A stretch of 64,000 nucleotides of DNA from Anaeromyxobacter sp. (GTDB lineage Bacteria; Myxococcota; Myxococcia; Myxococcales; Anaeromyxobacteraceae): assembly GCA_049840735.1 (NCBI GenBank), contig JASGJN010000026.1, positions 480,001-544,000 on the forward strand, in the 5' to 3' direction. This document shows positions 52,145 to 60,645 of the stretch, piece by piece. The notes under the pieces are model-generated. The model was not told the origin of the DNA and searched no databases. It saw only the letters and a program-made list of their open reading frames with translations. The translations under genes were made by a program, and so were the position numbers. Each line of letters starts with the position of its first letter. The first letter of the stretch is position 1.

Positions 52145-53590
52145 ATGGCCCTCCTCGAGATGACCGGCGTGAAGAAGCACTTCGGCGGCGTCCAGGCGCT
52201 GCGCGGGGTGGACTTCGCGCTGGAGGCGGGCGAGGTGCACGCGCTGGTGGGCGAGAACGGCGCCGGCAAGTCCACGCTGATGAAGACCCTCTCCGGCGCG
52301 CTGACGCCGGACGAGGGCGCGATGGTGCTGGAGGGGCGCCTGCGCCGGCTGCGCTCGGTGGCGGAGGGGCAGGCGGCCGGCATCGTCATGGTCTACCAGG
52401 AGATCAACCTGGTGCCGGACCTGTCGGTGGCGGAGAACCTGTTCCTGGGCGGGCTGCACGGGCTGGTCCGCTACGGGGCGCTGCGCGAGCGGGCCCGCGC
52501 GCTGCTCGCGCAGATGGGGCTCTCGCTCGATCCGGCCGCGCCGGTCCGCTCGCTCGGCGCCGGCGCGCAGCAGCTGGTGGTGGTGGCGCGCGCCTTCGCC
52601 CAGCGGGCCAAGGTGATGGTGCTGGACGAGCCCACCGCCACGCTCTCCGCGGCCGAGGTGCGCCAGCTCTTCGCGCTGGTGAAGCGGCTGCGGGGCGAGG
52701 GGGTGGCCATCGCGTACATCAGCCACCGGCTGGAGGAGATCTTCGAGCTGGCCGACCGCGTGACGGTGCTCCGCGACGGCGCGCGGGTGGCCACCCACCG
52801 CATCGCCGAGGTGACGCCGGCGCAGGTGGTGGCGCTGATGGTGGGGCGCGAGGTGCGCCACTTCCAGCGCGCGCCGCTGCTGGGCACGCCGCCGCTGGGC
52901 ACGTTCCAGCTCGAGGGCGGCGGGGTGGCGCCGCTCACCCTGCCGCTCCGCCGCGGCGAGGTGGTGGGGCTGGCGGGCGTGGTGGGCTCGGGCCGGAGCG
53001 AGGCGCTGGAGGTGATGTTCGGCCTGCGCGGCCAGGCCCGCTGGAACGGCGAGGCCATCGGCAAGCCGCGCGACGCGCTCCGGCGCGGGCTCTACCTGGT
53101 CCCGGCCGATCGCAAGACGCAGGGGCTGGTGCTGGGGCTGCCGGCGCGCGAGAACGTGGTCCTCTCGGTGCTGCGCCGGCTGCAGCGGCTGGGGTTCGTC
53201 TCGCGGCTGCGCGAGCGCGCCCTGGTCTCCCGCTGGTTCGAGCGGCTGGCGGTGCGGCCGGGCGATCCGCAGAAGCCGGCCGGCACCTTCTCCGGCGGCA
53301 ACCAGCAGAAGCTGGTGCTGGCCAAGGCGCTGGCCACCGAGCCGCAGGTGCTGCTCCTCGAGGAGCCGACCCGCGGCGTGGATGTGGGGACGCGCAACGA
53401 GCTGTACGGCCTGCTCGACGCGCTGGCGAAGAACGGCCTGGGGCTGGTGGTGTCGTCGAGCGACACCGAGGAGCTGTGCGGCCTGTGCGACCGGGTGCTG
53501 GTGTTCCGGGGCGGCCGGGTGACCGGGGAGCTGGCGGCCCCGCTGGACCGGGAGGAGGTGGTGCGGCATGTCACGGGCGCGGTGGCGTGA
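52145..53590 (+). CDS. rbsA: Ribose ABC transporter ATP-binding protein
   Basis: GENGAGKST, LDEPT, YISHRLEE, SGGNQQK. Confidence 0.88.
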   Translation: MALLEMTGVKKHFGGVQALRGVDFALEAGEVHALVGENGAGKSTLMKTLSGALTPDEGAMVLEGRLRRLRSVAEGQAAGIVMVYQEINLVPDLSVAENLFLGGLHGLVRYGALRERARALLAQMGLSLDPAAPVRSLGAGAQQLVVVARAFAQRAKVMVLDEPTATLSAAEVRQLFALVKRLRGEGVAIAYISHRLEEIFELADRVTVLRDGARVATHRIAEVTPAQVVALMVGREVRHFQRAPLLGTPPLGTFQLEGGGVAPLTLPLRRGEVVGLAGVVGSGRSEALEVMFGLRGQARWNGEAIGKPRDALRRGLYLVPADRKTQGLVLGLPARENVVLSVLRRLQRLGFVSRLRERALVSRWFERLAVRPGDPQKPAGTFSGGNQQKLVLAKALATEPQVLLLEEPTRGVDVGTRNELYGLLDALAKNGLGLVVSSSDTEELCGLCDRVLVFRGGRVTGELAAPLDREEVVRHVTGAVA

Positions 53591-54515
53591 GCTGCTGTCG
53601 GCGTACGGCATCCAGCTGGCCTTCGTGGCGCTGGTGATCGTGCTGGCGGTCCTGTCCCCGAGCTTCCGGGACGTGGGCAACGTGATCACCATCTTCCGGC
53701 AGATCGCGGTCATCGCCGTGCTGGCCTTCGGCATGACCGTGGTGGTGCTGACCGCCGGGATCGACCTCTCGGTCGGCTCGATGCTGGCCCTGAGCGGCGC
53801 GGTCGCGGCCGGCCTCGCGGCGCAGGCCGGGTGGCCGCCGGCGCTGGCCATCGCGGCGGCGCTGGCGGTGGGCCTGCTGCTGGGGCTCCACAACGGGTTC
53901 TTCGCCGGCGTGATCGGCGTGGCCCCGTTCATCGCCACCCTGGGCGGCCTGACCATCTTCCGCGGCCTGGCCCTGGTCTACACAGGCGGCCGGCCCATCA
54001 CCGGGCTGCCGGACGCCTTCACCACCATCGGCAGCAGCGCCTGGCTCGGCCTGCCCTCTCCGATCTGGGTGATGCTCGGCTTCCTGCTCGTCACCCACCT
54101 CATCCTCCGGTACACGGCGCTGGGCCGGGCCATCTACGCGGTGGGGGGCAACGAGGAGGCCGCCCGGCTGTCGGGCCTGCCGGTGACCAAGGTGAAGCTC
54201 TTCGCCTACGCCTACTGCGGGCTGGCGTCCGCCGTCGGCGCGCTGGTGCTGACGGGGAGGCTCAACTCCGCCCAGCCCACCGCCGGGGTCGGCTTCGAGC
54301 TGGACGCCATCGCGGCTGTGGTGGTGGGTGGGACGTCGCTGTTCGGCGGCAAGGGAGGCGTCCTCGGCACCTTGCTCGGAGCCGCCATCCTGGGGGTGCT
54401 GAACAACGGAATGAATTTGATGAACGTCGACCCGTTCTTTCAAGGGATCGCGAAGGGCTACGTGATCCTGGGGGCAGTGACGCTGGAGCGGCTGGTCTCA
54501 ACCAAGAAGAACTGA
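53568..54515 (+). CDS. rbsC: Ribose ABC transporter permease
   Basis: GIDLSVGS, PFIATL, YAVGGNEEAARLSG, ELDAIAAVVVGGTSL.GG.G. Confidence 0.9.
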   Translation: MSRARWRELLSAYGIQLAFVALVIVLAVLSPSFRDVGNVITIFRQIAVIAVLAFGMTVVVLTAGIDLSVGSMLALSGAVAAGLAAQAGWPPALAIAAALAVGLLLGLHNGFFAGVIGVAPFIATLGGLTIFRGLALVYTGGRPITGLPDAFTTIGSSAWLGLPSPIWVMLGFLLVTHLILRYTALGRAIYAVGGNEEAARLSGLPVTKVKLFAYAYCGLASAVGALVLTGRLNSAQPTAGVGFELDAIAAVVVGGTSLFGGKGGVLGTLLGAAILGVLNNGMNLMNVDPFFQGIAKGYVILGAVTLERLVSTKKN

Positions 54516-54535
54516 CGAAACCAGGGGAGGTCGCA

Positions 54536-55433
54536 ATGTTCGCACGTGGAGTCGTGGCGCTGGCGCTCGTGGCGCTGGCCGGTACCGCAGCTGCCAAGGA
54601 CACCGTGGGCTTCTCGGTGTCGACGCTCAACAACCCGTTCTTCGTCACGCTCAGCGACGGCGCCAAGGCGCAGGCGCAGCAGGCGGGCGTGGACGTGGCC
54701 GTCCTCGACGCGCAGGACAAGGTGGACAAGCAGGTCTCGGACATCGAGGACCTGATCCAGCGGAAGGTGAAGGTCATCCTGATCAATCCGACCGACTCGG
54801 CCGCGGTGGTCCCGGCCGTCAAGGCCGCCAACGCCGCCAAGATCCCGGTCATCACCGTGGACCGCGCCTCGGGCGGCGGCGACGTGGCCTACCACATCGC
54901 GTCCGACAACGTGGCCGGCGGCCGGCTGGCGGGCGAGCACGTCTGCAAGCTGCTGGGCGGCAAGGGCAGCGTGGTGGAGCTGGAGGGCATCCCCGGCTCG
55001 TCCGCGGCGCGCGATCGCGGCCAGGGCTTCAACGAGGCCATCAAGGCCAAGTGCCCGGACGTGAAGGTGGTGGCCCGCCAGACCGCCAACTTCGACCGCG
55101 CCCAGGGGCTCTCGGTGATGGAGAACGTGCTCCAGGCCCAGCCCAAGGTGGACGCCGTCTTCGCCCACAACGACGAGATGGCGCTGGGCGCGCTGCAGGC
55201 CATCAAGGGCTCGGGCAAGAAGAATCAAGGTGGTCGGCTTCGACGCCACCGACGACGCGGTCAAGGCGGTGAACGCCTGCGACATGGCCGCCACGGTGGC
55301 GCAGCAGCCGGGCGAGATGGGCCGCCTGGCCGTCGAGAAGGCCGCCGCGCTGGGCAAGGGCGGCAAGGCGCCGGCCAAGACCGAGTTCATCCCGGTGGCG
55401 CTGAAGCTGGTCACCGGCGCGAGCTGCAAGTAG
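54536..55433 (+). CDS. rbsB: Ribose-binding periplasmic protein; apparent +1 frameshift at 55222-55226
   Basis: STLNNPFF, NPTDS, SDNVAGG, FAHNDEMALGA; correction gives KKIKVVGFD. Confidence 0.9.
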
Positions 55434-55453
55434 CGCCGCGCTGCAGGCTCGAG

Positions 55454-55486
55454 GGCCCGGTCTCCGCCCAGGGGGCCGGGCCTTCT
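55454..55486 (+). terminator. Probable terminator hairpin after rbsB
   Basis: GGCCCGGTCTC...GGGGGCCGGGCC stem followed by TTCT, between convergent genes. Confidence 0.45.
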
Positions 55487-55558
55487 CCGTTCAGTCCCGC
55501 TCGGCGTTCGACAGGCTCACCTGCATGCACATGCATGTCAACGTCCCCGGCCGCACCT

Positions 55559-56875
55559 TCATGGCACCACCCAGAACCCGGTCCGGCGGACCAGCGCGGT
55601 GACCACGAAGGCGCGGCCGTCCTCCGGCCAGATGCGCGCCTCGACGAAGGCGGAGCCCTGCCCGGGCTGCGCCGCCCGGGCGTCGAAGCTGATGGAGAGC
55701 GCGCCGGCGTCGGCCGTCGTGGACCCGCCGGCGGGCAGCGCCTCGAAGCCGGCGTAGTACTCGCCCGCGCCCGCCGAGGCGGTCCAGCCGACCAGCAGCG
55801 GGTCGGCCGCGCTGACGGTGGCGCCGTCGGCCGGCGCCTCCAGCGCGAACTCGCCCGGCATGGTGAACACCTGCCCGGCCGAGACGCCCGCGCCGGTCAC
55901 CGAGACCAGGAAGCTGCTCCCCGGCGCCACCAGCGTGGTGGCCGGCTCGGAGAGCACGTAGGCGCCCTGCAGGTCGTCCCAGGGGATGGGCCGCCCGTTG
56001 ACCTGGACGGCGGCGTCGGTGACCGGGCCGGACGGTCCCGTGACGGTCAGTGAAATCTCCAGCCGGTCCCCGTCCAGCACCACGCGCCCGTCGTAGGCCA
56101 GCGTCTCCGGGTCGCCGCCCCCGCCGCCCCACAGCCCGCACACGTCGGCCAAGAGGAAGGTGAGCCAGCCCGCCTGGCAGACGAAGGCGTCGTAGACGGG
56201 GCCGCCGCTGGTCAGCGAGAGGCGGGTCCGGGAGGTGAGCGGGACCACCGCGGCCGAGTCGTCGTCCAGCGCCTGGACCAGGTTGAAGCCAGGGGCCAGG
56301 CCGCTCTCCGCCGGCTGCGCCGAGTCCACGTAGACGAGCGCGAAGGTGGCGCGCGGGTCGCCCAGTAGCGACGAGCCGATCACCCGGTCCACCGGCGCGC
56401 CGTCCTCCGGGATCAGGTCGAGCTGCCGGTCGCCGTCCAGGTCCTGGTAGGCGAGCAGCACGCCGAAGCTGCCGCGGCCGTCGAGCCCGCCGCCCAGCGG
56501 CGCCTGCGCGGCGCGCGGAGGCGGGCGGTAGATGGGGAAGCGGAACTCCACCGGGAAGGTGCCTTGGGCCTCCACGTCCTCGGTCACCACCGTGGGCGGC
56601 GCGGCGCCGCCGGAGGGATCCTCGGCGGAGAGCCACTGCGGGTACCAGGCCACCGCCAGCCGGACCGGGCCGGACAGCTCGGTCTCCGGGGTGGGGACCA
56701 TGCTGCCGCCGAGCGTGGCCAGCGGCTCGCCGGGATAGTCGCCGCCGACCAGCTCGTCGCCGCAGCCGGCCAGGAGCAGCGCGGAGCAGGCAGCGAGCAG
56801 CGGCAGCGCCCCGTTCGTCCTGGGCGTAGCCGCCGCGCCTCGCGGCGGCGGAGTCGAAGGGCAGGGGCGGCGCAT
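55559..56875 (-). CDS. Uncharacterised lipoprotein, last gene of the sigma/anti-sigma/caspase operon
   Basis: TGATG coupling to the caspase stop; lipobox LLAGC; DLDGDRQLD loop; N-domain paralogous to 59883-60611; extra beta-rich C-terminal domains. Confidence 0.8.
   Translation of the reverse strand: MRRPCPSTPPPRGAAATPRTNGALPLLAACSALLLAGCGDELVGGDYPGEPLATLGGSMVPTPETELSGPVRLAVAWYPQWLSAEDPSGGAAPPTVVTEDVEAQGTFPVEFRFPIYRPPPRAAQAPLGGGLDGRGSFGVLLAYQDLDGDRQLDLIPEDGAPVDRVIGSSLLGDPRATFALVYVDSAQPAESGLAPGFNLVQALDDDSAAVVPLTSRTRLSLTSGGPVYDAFVCQAGWLTFLLADVCGLWGGGGGDPETLAYDGRVVLDGDRLEISLTVTGPSGPVTDAAVQVNGRPIPWDDLQGAYVLSEPATTLVAPGSSFLVSVTGAGVSAGQVFTMPGEFALEAPADGATVSAADPLLVGWTASAGAGEYYAGFEALPAGGSTTADAGALSISFDARAAQPGQGSAFVEARIWPEDGRAFVVTALVRRTGFWVVP
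56811..56866 (+). repeat. Palindromic REP-like element, copy 6, inside a CDS
   Basis: CCGTTCGTCCTGGGCGTA-[GCCGCCGCGCCTCGCGGCGGC]-GGAGTCGAAGGGCAGGG within the lipoprotein signal-peptide coding region. Confidence 0.8.
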
Positions 56876-58440
56876 CACAGCCTCCAGCCGAAGCCGGCCC
56901 AGGCGGACGCGGTGGCGCGGGTGACGGTGCCCTGCCCCTCGATCGGCGCCGCCGTGGCCATGAGCTGCCCCTGCAGCAGCGCGAAGGCGCGCCGGCGGAT
57001 GGGGACCTCCAGCCCCGCCACCAGCCCCCCGCCCACCGCCAGCGCGCGGCGCTCCGGCAGCGGCGCGCCGCCGCCGCCGCCGATCTCCCCCTCGGCGTCG
57101 CGGGTGGCCTGCTGCTCCACCCCGGTCAGCTCCAGCCCCAGCCCCAGCTGCGGCACCACCGGCCACTCCAGCCAGCGGTACCCCGCCGACAGCCCCACCC
57201 CCAGCCGCCGCTCGTCGATCTGCAGCGCGTCGCCGGGGTAGCGCGAGCTGCCGGCGCTGAGCGCGCCCAGCGCCCACCACGGCCCCCAGGTGTGCCGGTA
57301 GCCCAGCCCCGCCGCCCAGCGCGGGCCGGTGTCCTCCACCGGCGCGGTGCCCATCCCGCCCAGCAGCAGCAGCGCGCCGTTCCGCACCGACACGTACCCC
57401 CCCTTCATCGAGACCTCGGTGTACCGGCGCCAGGCCAGCTCCTCGTCCTGCACCTGCCGCTCCCCGCCGTAGGGCAGCTCCACCTCGGCCAGCCCGGTGC
57501 TGGCGCCGGCCTTCTTGCGCACCAGGTAGCGGCCTGGCGGCACCGCCAGGCGGAGCGGGCGGCCGGCGGCCTTCTCCACCTCGGCCACCACGTCCGGCCT
57601 GGGCTGGCTGGCCACCACGTAGCGCCCGGAGAGCCGGGCCGGGAAGACCAGCGCGCTGCCGGCCGCGCGCGGCTCGGTCAGCGTGAGCTCGCCCGTCCCG
57701 GAGAGCTCCCAGGCGAAGGCGGGGTGCTGCCCGGCGCCGGCCGCGCCCGCCACCGTGCGCCGGTAGGCGTAGGTGTAGGCCTCGGCCAGCGAGACCTTGC
57801 CGTCCCCCTCGGCGTCGGCGTCGCCGCGCAGCCCGGTGAGGAGGTGGTGGGTGAAGAGCGAGCCCTTGAGCGAGTCCCACTCCTCGCTGGCCTCCCCCGG
57901 ACCGCTGGAGGAGATCACCACCTGGCCGTTGAGCGGGAGCTGCTCCAGCGAGACCGCGAACTCCGGCCCCGGCCGCGCCCCCTTGCGCCGGGCCACCACC
58001 CCGCTCTCGCAGGCGTCCACCAGCAGCACCGTCACCCGCGCGCCCGCGTCCCGGGCGGCGTCGCGCAGCTCGGCCAGCGGCAGGTGCGTGCCGCGCAGGT
58101 GGAGCACGCCGTCGTCGGCGTGGGAGGAGACGTAGACGATCAGCACCGCCTCGTCCCCGGCGGCGCGCAGCTCCGAGATGCGGCCGGCCAGCTCGGCCAG
58201 CCGCTGCCGCACCGCCTGGGCGTCGCGGTCGACCACCAGCAGCGCGCGGTCGGCGCGGACCCCGCCCAGCTCCACGAAGACCTGGCGCACGCGCTGGGCG
58301 TCCTCGTCGGCGTAGCTCAGGACGGGATCGTCCGGGTCGCCCACGTTGGCCCCCACCGCCAGCACCAGCCGGTGCGTGGCGGCCGCGGCCGGCGCCGCCG
58401 CGGCCAGCAGGGCCAGCAGCGCGAGCGCGCGGAACCTCAC
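56875..58440 (-). CDS. Exported caspase-family (C14) protease with C-terminal putative outer-membrane beta-barrel
   Basis: Signal peptide; LSYADEDA, YVSSHA (His107), LLVDACESG (Cys144), SLFTHHLLTGLRGDAD, EAY.Y, GQHP; amphipathic strands ending AGFGWRL. Confidence 0.85.
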   Translation of the reverse strand: MRFRALALLALLAAAAPAAAATHRLVLAVGANVGDPDDPVLSYADEDAQRVRQVFVELGGVRADRALLVVDRDAQAVRQRLAELAGRISELRAAGDEAVLIVYVSSHADDGVLHLRGTHLPLAELRDAARDAGARVTVLLVDACESGVVARRKGARPGPEFAVSLEQLPLNGQVVISSSGPGEASEEWDSLKGSLFTHHLLTGLRGDADAEGDGKVSLAEAYTYAYRRTVAGAAGAGQHPAFAWELSGTGELTLTEPRAAGSALVFPARLSGRYVVASQPRPDVVAEVEKAAGRPLRLAVPPGRYLVRKKAGASTGLAEVELPYGGERQVQDEELAWRRYTEVSMKGGYVSVRNGALLLLGGMGTAPVEDTGPRWAAGLGYRHTWGPWWALGALSAGSSRYPGDALQIDERRLGVGLSAGYRWLEWPVVPQLGLGLELTGVEQQATRDAEGEIGGGGGAPLPERRALAVGGGLVAGLEVPIRRRAFALLQGQLMATAAPIEGQGTVTRATASAWAGFGWRL

Positions 58441-59186
58441 GGCGCCTTCCGCAGCCGGAGCAGGCTCACCCGGCAGCCGCCGCACTCGAGCCGCGGCTCG
58501 GGCCGGCCGGCCTGCCGGCGCAGCGCCTCCAGCAGGGGCGCGGCCTCCAGCGGCCGCTGCGAGAAGACCGCCAGCAGGAGCTCGGGGCCGGGCGCGTCGT
58601 CCAGCACCACGCTGCCGGGCAGGAAGTCGCGCCGCCCGGCCTCGACCGGCGCAGAGGACGCGCCGCCGAAGGGGAGGAGCACGCCGGCCTGGCCGCGCCC
58701 GTCCAGCTCCAGCACCAGCAGGAAGCCCGGCTGCGCGGCCTCGTACGAGAACCGCAGCGCGTCGCCGGCGCGGACCTGGGCGTCGCTCGCCGCCAGCTCG
58801 GGCGCGCCGCCGGCGCGCGCCACCGCCACGCGGAAGGGCTCGCCCTTGAGCGTGACCTCCGGCGTCACCTGGGCCTGCCGCAGCACCAGCACGGCCAGCA
58901 CCGCCGGGACGGCCAGCGCCAGCACCGGCCGCCAGCGGCGCAGCCAGGAGGGCGCGGCGGCCTGGGCGCGTCAATCCAGCTGGCGGAGGAAGCGGTCCGG
59001 CGGGCGCGCGCGCAGGAAGGCCTCGGCCTCGGCGCGCAGCGCCGCCACGTGCGCGGCGCAGGCGCTGCAGCTCCCGAGGTGGGCCGCGACCTCGGGGGCC
59101 GGCTCGCCGGCGCTGAGCGCCTCCAGCGCCGCCGCCGGCGGGCAGCCCGGCGCGCGGGGGGCAGGGGGGAGTGGGGTGGGGCTCAT
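58437..59186 (-). CDS. Anti-sigma factor (ZAS zinc motif, TM, DUF4384-like periplasmic domain); in-frame TGA at 58971-58973, likely a sequencing error
   Basis: HLGSCSAC; TM VLALAVPAVLAVLVL; GDALRF, LPGSVVLDDAPGPE; both ORF halves share one frame and GAT-TGA reverts to GAT-CGA. Confidence 0.78.
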
Positions 59187-59195
59187 GGCGTGACC

Positions 59196-59687
59196 TCACC
59201 GGTGGGCGCGCCAGAGCGCGCGCACCTGCTCCTCGAAGCGCTGCAGCTTCTTGCCCACCGTCCGGCGCGAGTAGCCGGTCCGCTCCGCCACCTCCTCCTG
59301 CGTGTAGCCGTCGAGGTGGTGGAGCACGCCGATGGTGCGGGTCTTCCCGTCCAGCTGCCGGAGCGCGGCGCCGACCAGCGCCCGCCGGTCGGCGTCGGCG
59401 GCGTCGCCGTGCCCCTGCCGCTCCAGCGCGGCCAGCTGCTCCTCGCCGGCCACCGGGTCCCGCCGCTGCTTCTCCAGGATGTCGAAGCAGACGCGGCGGG
59501 CCACCGTGTAGAGCCAGGCCAGCGTGGCGCCGGCGTCGTCCGGGGCCGCGCCCAGCCGGCGGATGCGCAGGAAGGTCTCCTGGAGGGCGTCCTCCGCGTC
59601 CTCGCTGCGCCGCAGGAGCTGCCGGCAGCGCCGGTGCACCAGGTAGCCGTAGCGGGTGTAGAGGCTCGTGAGCTGGGCGTCGTCCAT
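59196..59687 (-). CDS. ECF RNA polymerase sigma factor
   Basis: Region 2 LY.RY...V.RRC..LL..EDAEDALQETF...WLY.VA; region 4 DGYTQEEVA..TG.SRRTV. Confidence 0.9.
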   Translation of the reverse strand: MDDAQLTSLYTRYGYLVHRRCRQLLRRSEDAEDALQETFLRIRRLGAAPDDAGATLAWLYTVARRVCFDILEKQRRDPVAGEEQLAALERQGHGDAADADRRALVGAALRQLDGKTRTIGVLHHLDGYTQEEVAERTGYSRRTVGKKLQRFEEQVRALWRAHR

Positions 59688-59715
59688 GTCGGCACGTGGG
59701 GCTCCTCGATCACTG

Positions 59716-59838
59716 GACCGGGGATCGGCCCGAAACTGGGAACCACCATCCTGGCGAACGCCCATTTATGGCGTGAAACACGTGCGCCGCGCCGCAGCCC
59801 ACTCAGGGCCGTTCCCACCTGGCGCCCGGGTCGCCGTC
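59716..59838. promoter_or_regulatory. Twin divergent ECF-type promoter motifs (59743-59716 minus; 59811-59838 plus)
   Basis: GTTCCCA-N16-CGGTC pointing at the sigma gene and GTTCCCA-N16-CCGTC pointing at the lipoprotein; identical spacing. Confidence 0.65.
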
Positions 59839-59882
59839 TCCCTTCCCGAACCTCGCTCACGAGGCCACGAACCGGAGAGACC

Positions 59883-60611
59883 ATGACCGCCACGCCGTCC
59901 AAGTCCACCCACACCCGCGCACTCGCCGTCGCGCTGGCCGTGCTCGCCACCGCCTGCGGCTCCGGCGGCACGTCCGGCTCCCACCCGAGCCTATCCGGCC
60001 AGCTCCGGGCCTCGGAAGGCGGCGCGGCCCAGGGCCCGCTGCGGCTCGCGCTGGCCTGGTACCCCGGGCTGCTCGCCGCGGAGGGGGAGCCCATCAGCCA
60101 GCCCGGCCACATCGCCACCCAGGACCTCGCCTACGAGGGGGCGCTGCCGCAGGCCTACACCTTCTCGCTGCAGGGCGCCCCGCCGGCCAGCGTCCTGCAG
60201 GCCATGCCGGAGGGCTACACCGGGGAGGGCGCGGTGGGCGTGCTGCTCGCGTATCGGGACGGGAACGACAACGGCGCGCTCGACACCATCCCGGCCGACG
60301 GCAGCCCGGTGGACCATGTGGTCGGCGCTTCGCTGGACTGGGCCGCGGCCCCGGCCTACCTGGTGGCCTACCTGACCGAGGATCAGGACCCGGCCTCGGG
60401 GCTCGAGGCGGGGTTCAACCTCATCGAGATCAGCGACGCCGAGGACGCCGCGGTGGTGCCCTTCGGCACCGCGGTGCCGCTGACTATCGGTGAAGGAGGC
60501 CCGCTGCTGGACCTGTTCGTCTGCGAGGCCGCCTGGGACGGCTCGTCGGCCGAGGTGCCCTGCGGGCTGGTGCCGGAGGAGCCGGCGCTGCAGGCCCAGC
60601 CGCGGCGCTGA
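59883..60611 (+). CDS. Uncharacterised lipoprotein, paralog of 55559-56875
   Basis: GGAGA RBS; lipobox LATAC; GPLRLALAWYP, GVLLAYRDGNDNGALD.IP.DG.PVD, GFNL, FVCEA.W...CGL. Confidence 0.8.
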   Translation: MTATPSKSTHTRALAVALAVLATACGSGGTSGSHPSLSGQLRASEGGAAQGPLRLALAWYPGLLAAEGEPISQPGHIATQDLAYEGALPQAYTFSLQGAPPASVLQAMPEGYTGEGAVGVLLAYRDGNDNGALDTIPADGSPVDHVVGASLDWAAAPAYLVAYLTEDQDPASGLEAGFNLIEISDAEDAAVVPFGTAVPLTIGEGGPLLDLFVCEAAWDGSSAEVPCGLVPEEPALQAQPRR

Positions 60612-60645
60612 TGCGCGCGGCGGGTGAGGGCGCGGCGCGGGGCGG

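Noticed and set aside
55488..55522. CCGTTCAG...TTCGACAGGCTCA, resembling ends of the repeat family
   Set aside because: Only fragments match and there is no central hairpin; at most a relic
58971..58973. In-frame TGA in the anti-sigma as selenocysteine or programmed readthrough
   Set aside because: It lies in a low-complexity linker, not at a Cys position, and reverts to GATC, matching the window-wide error pattern
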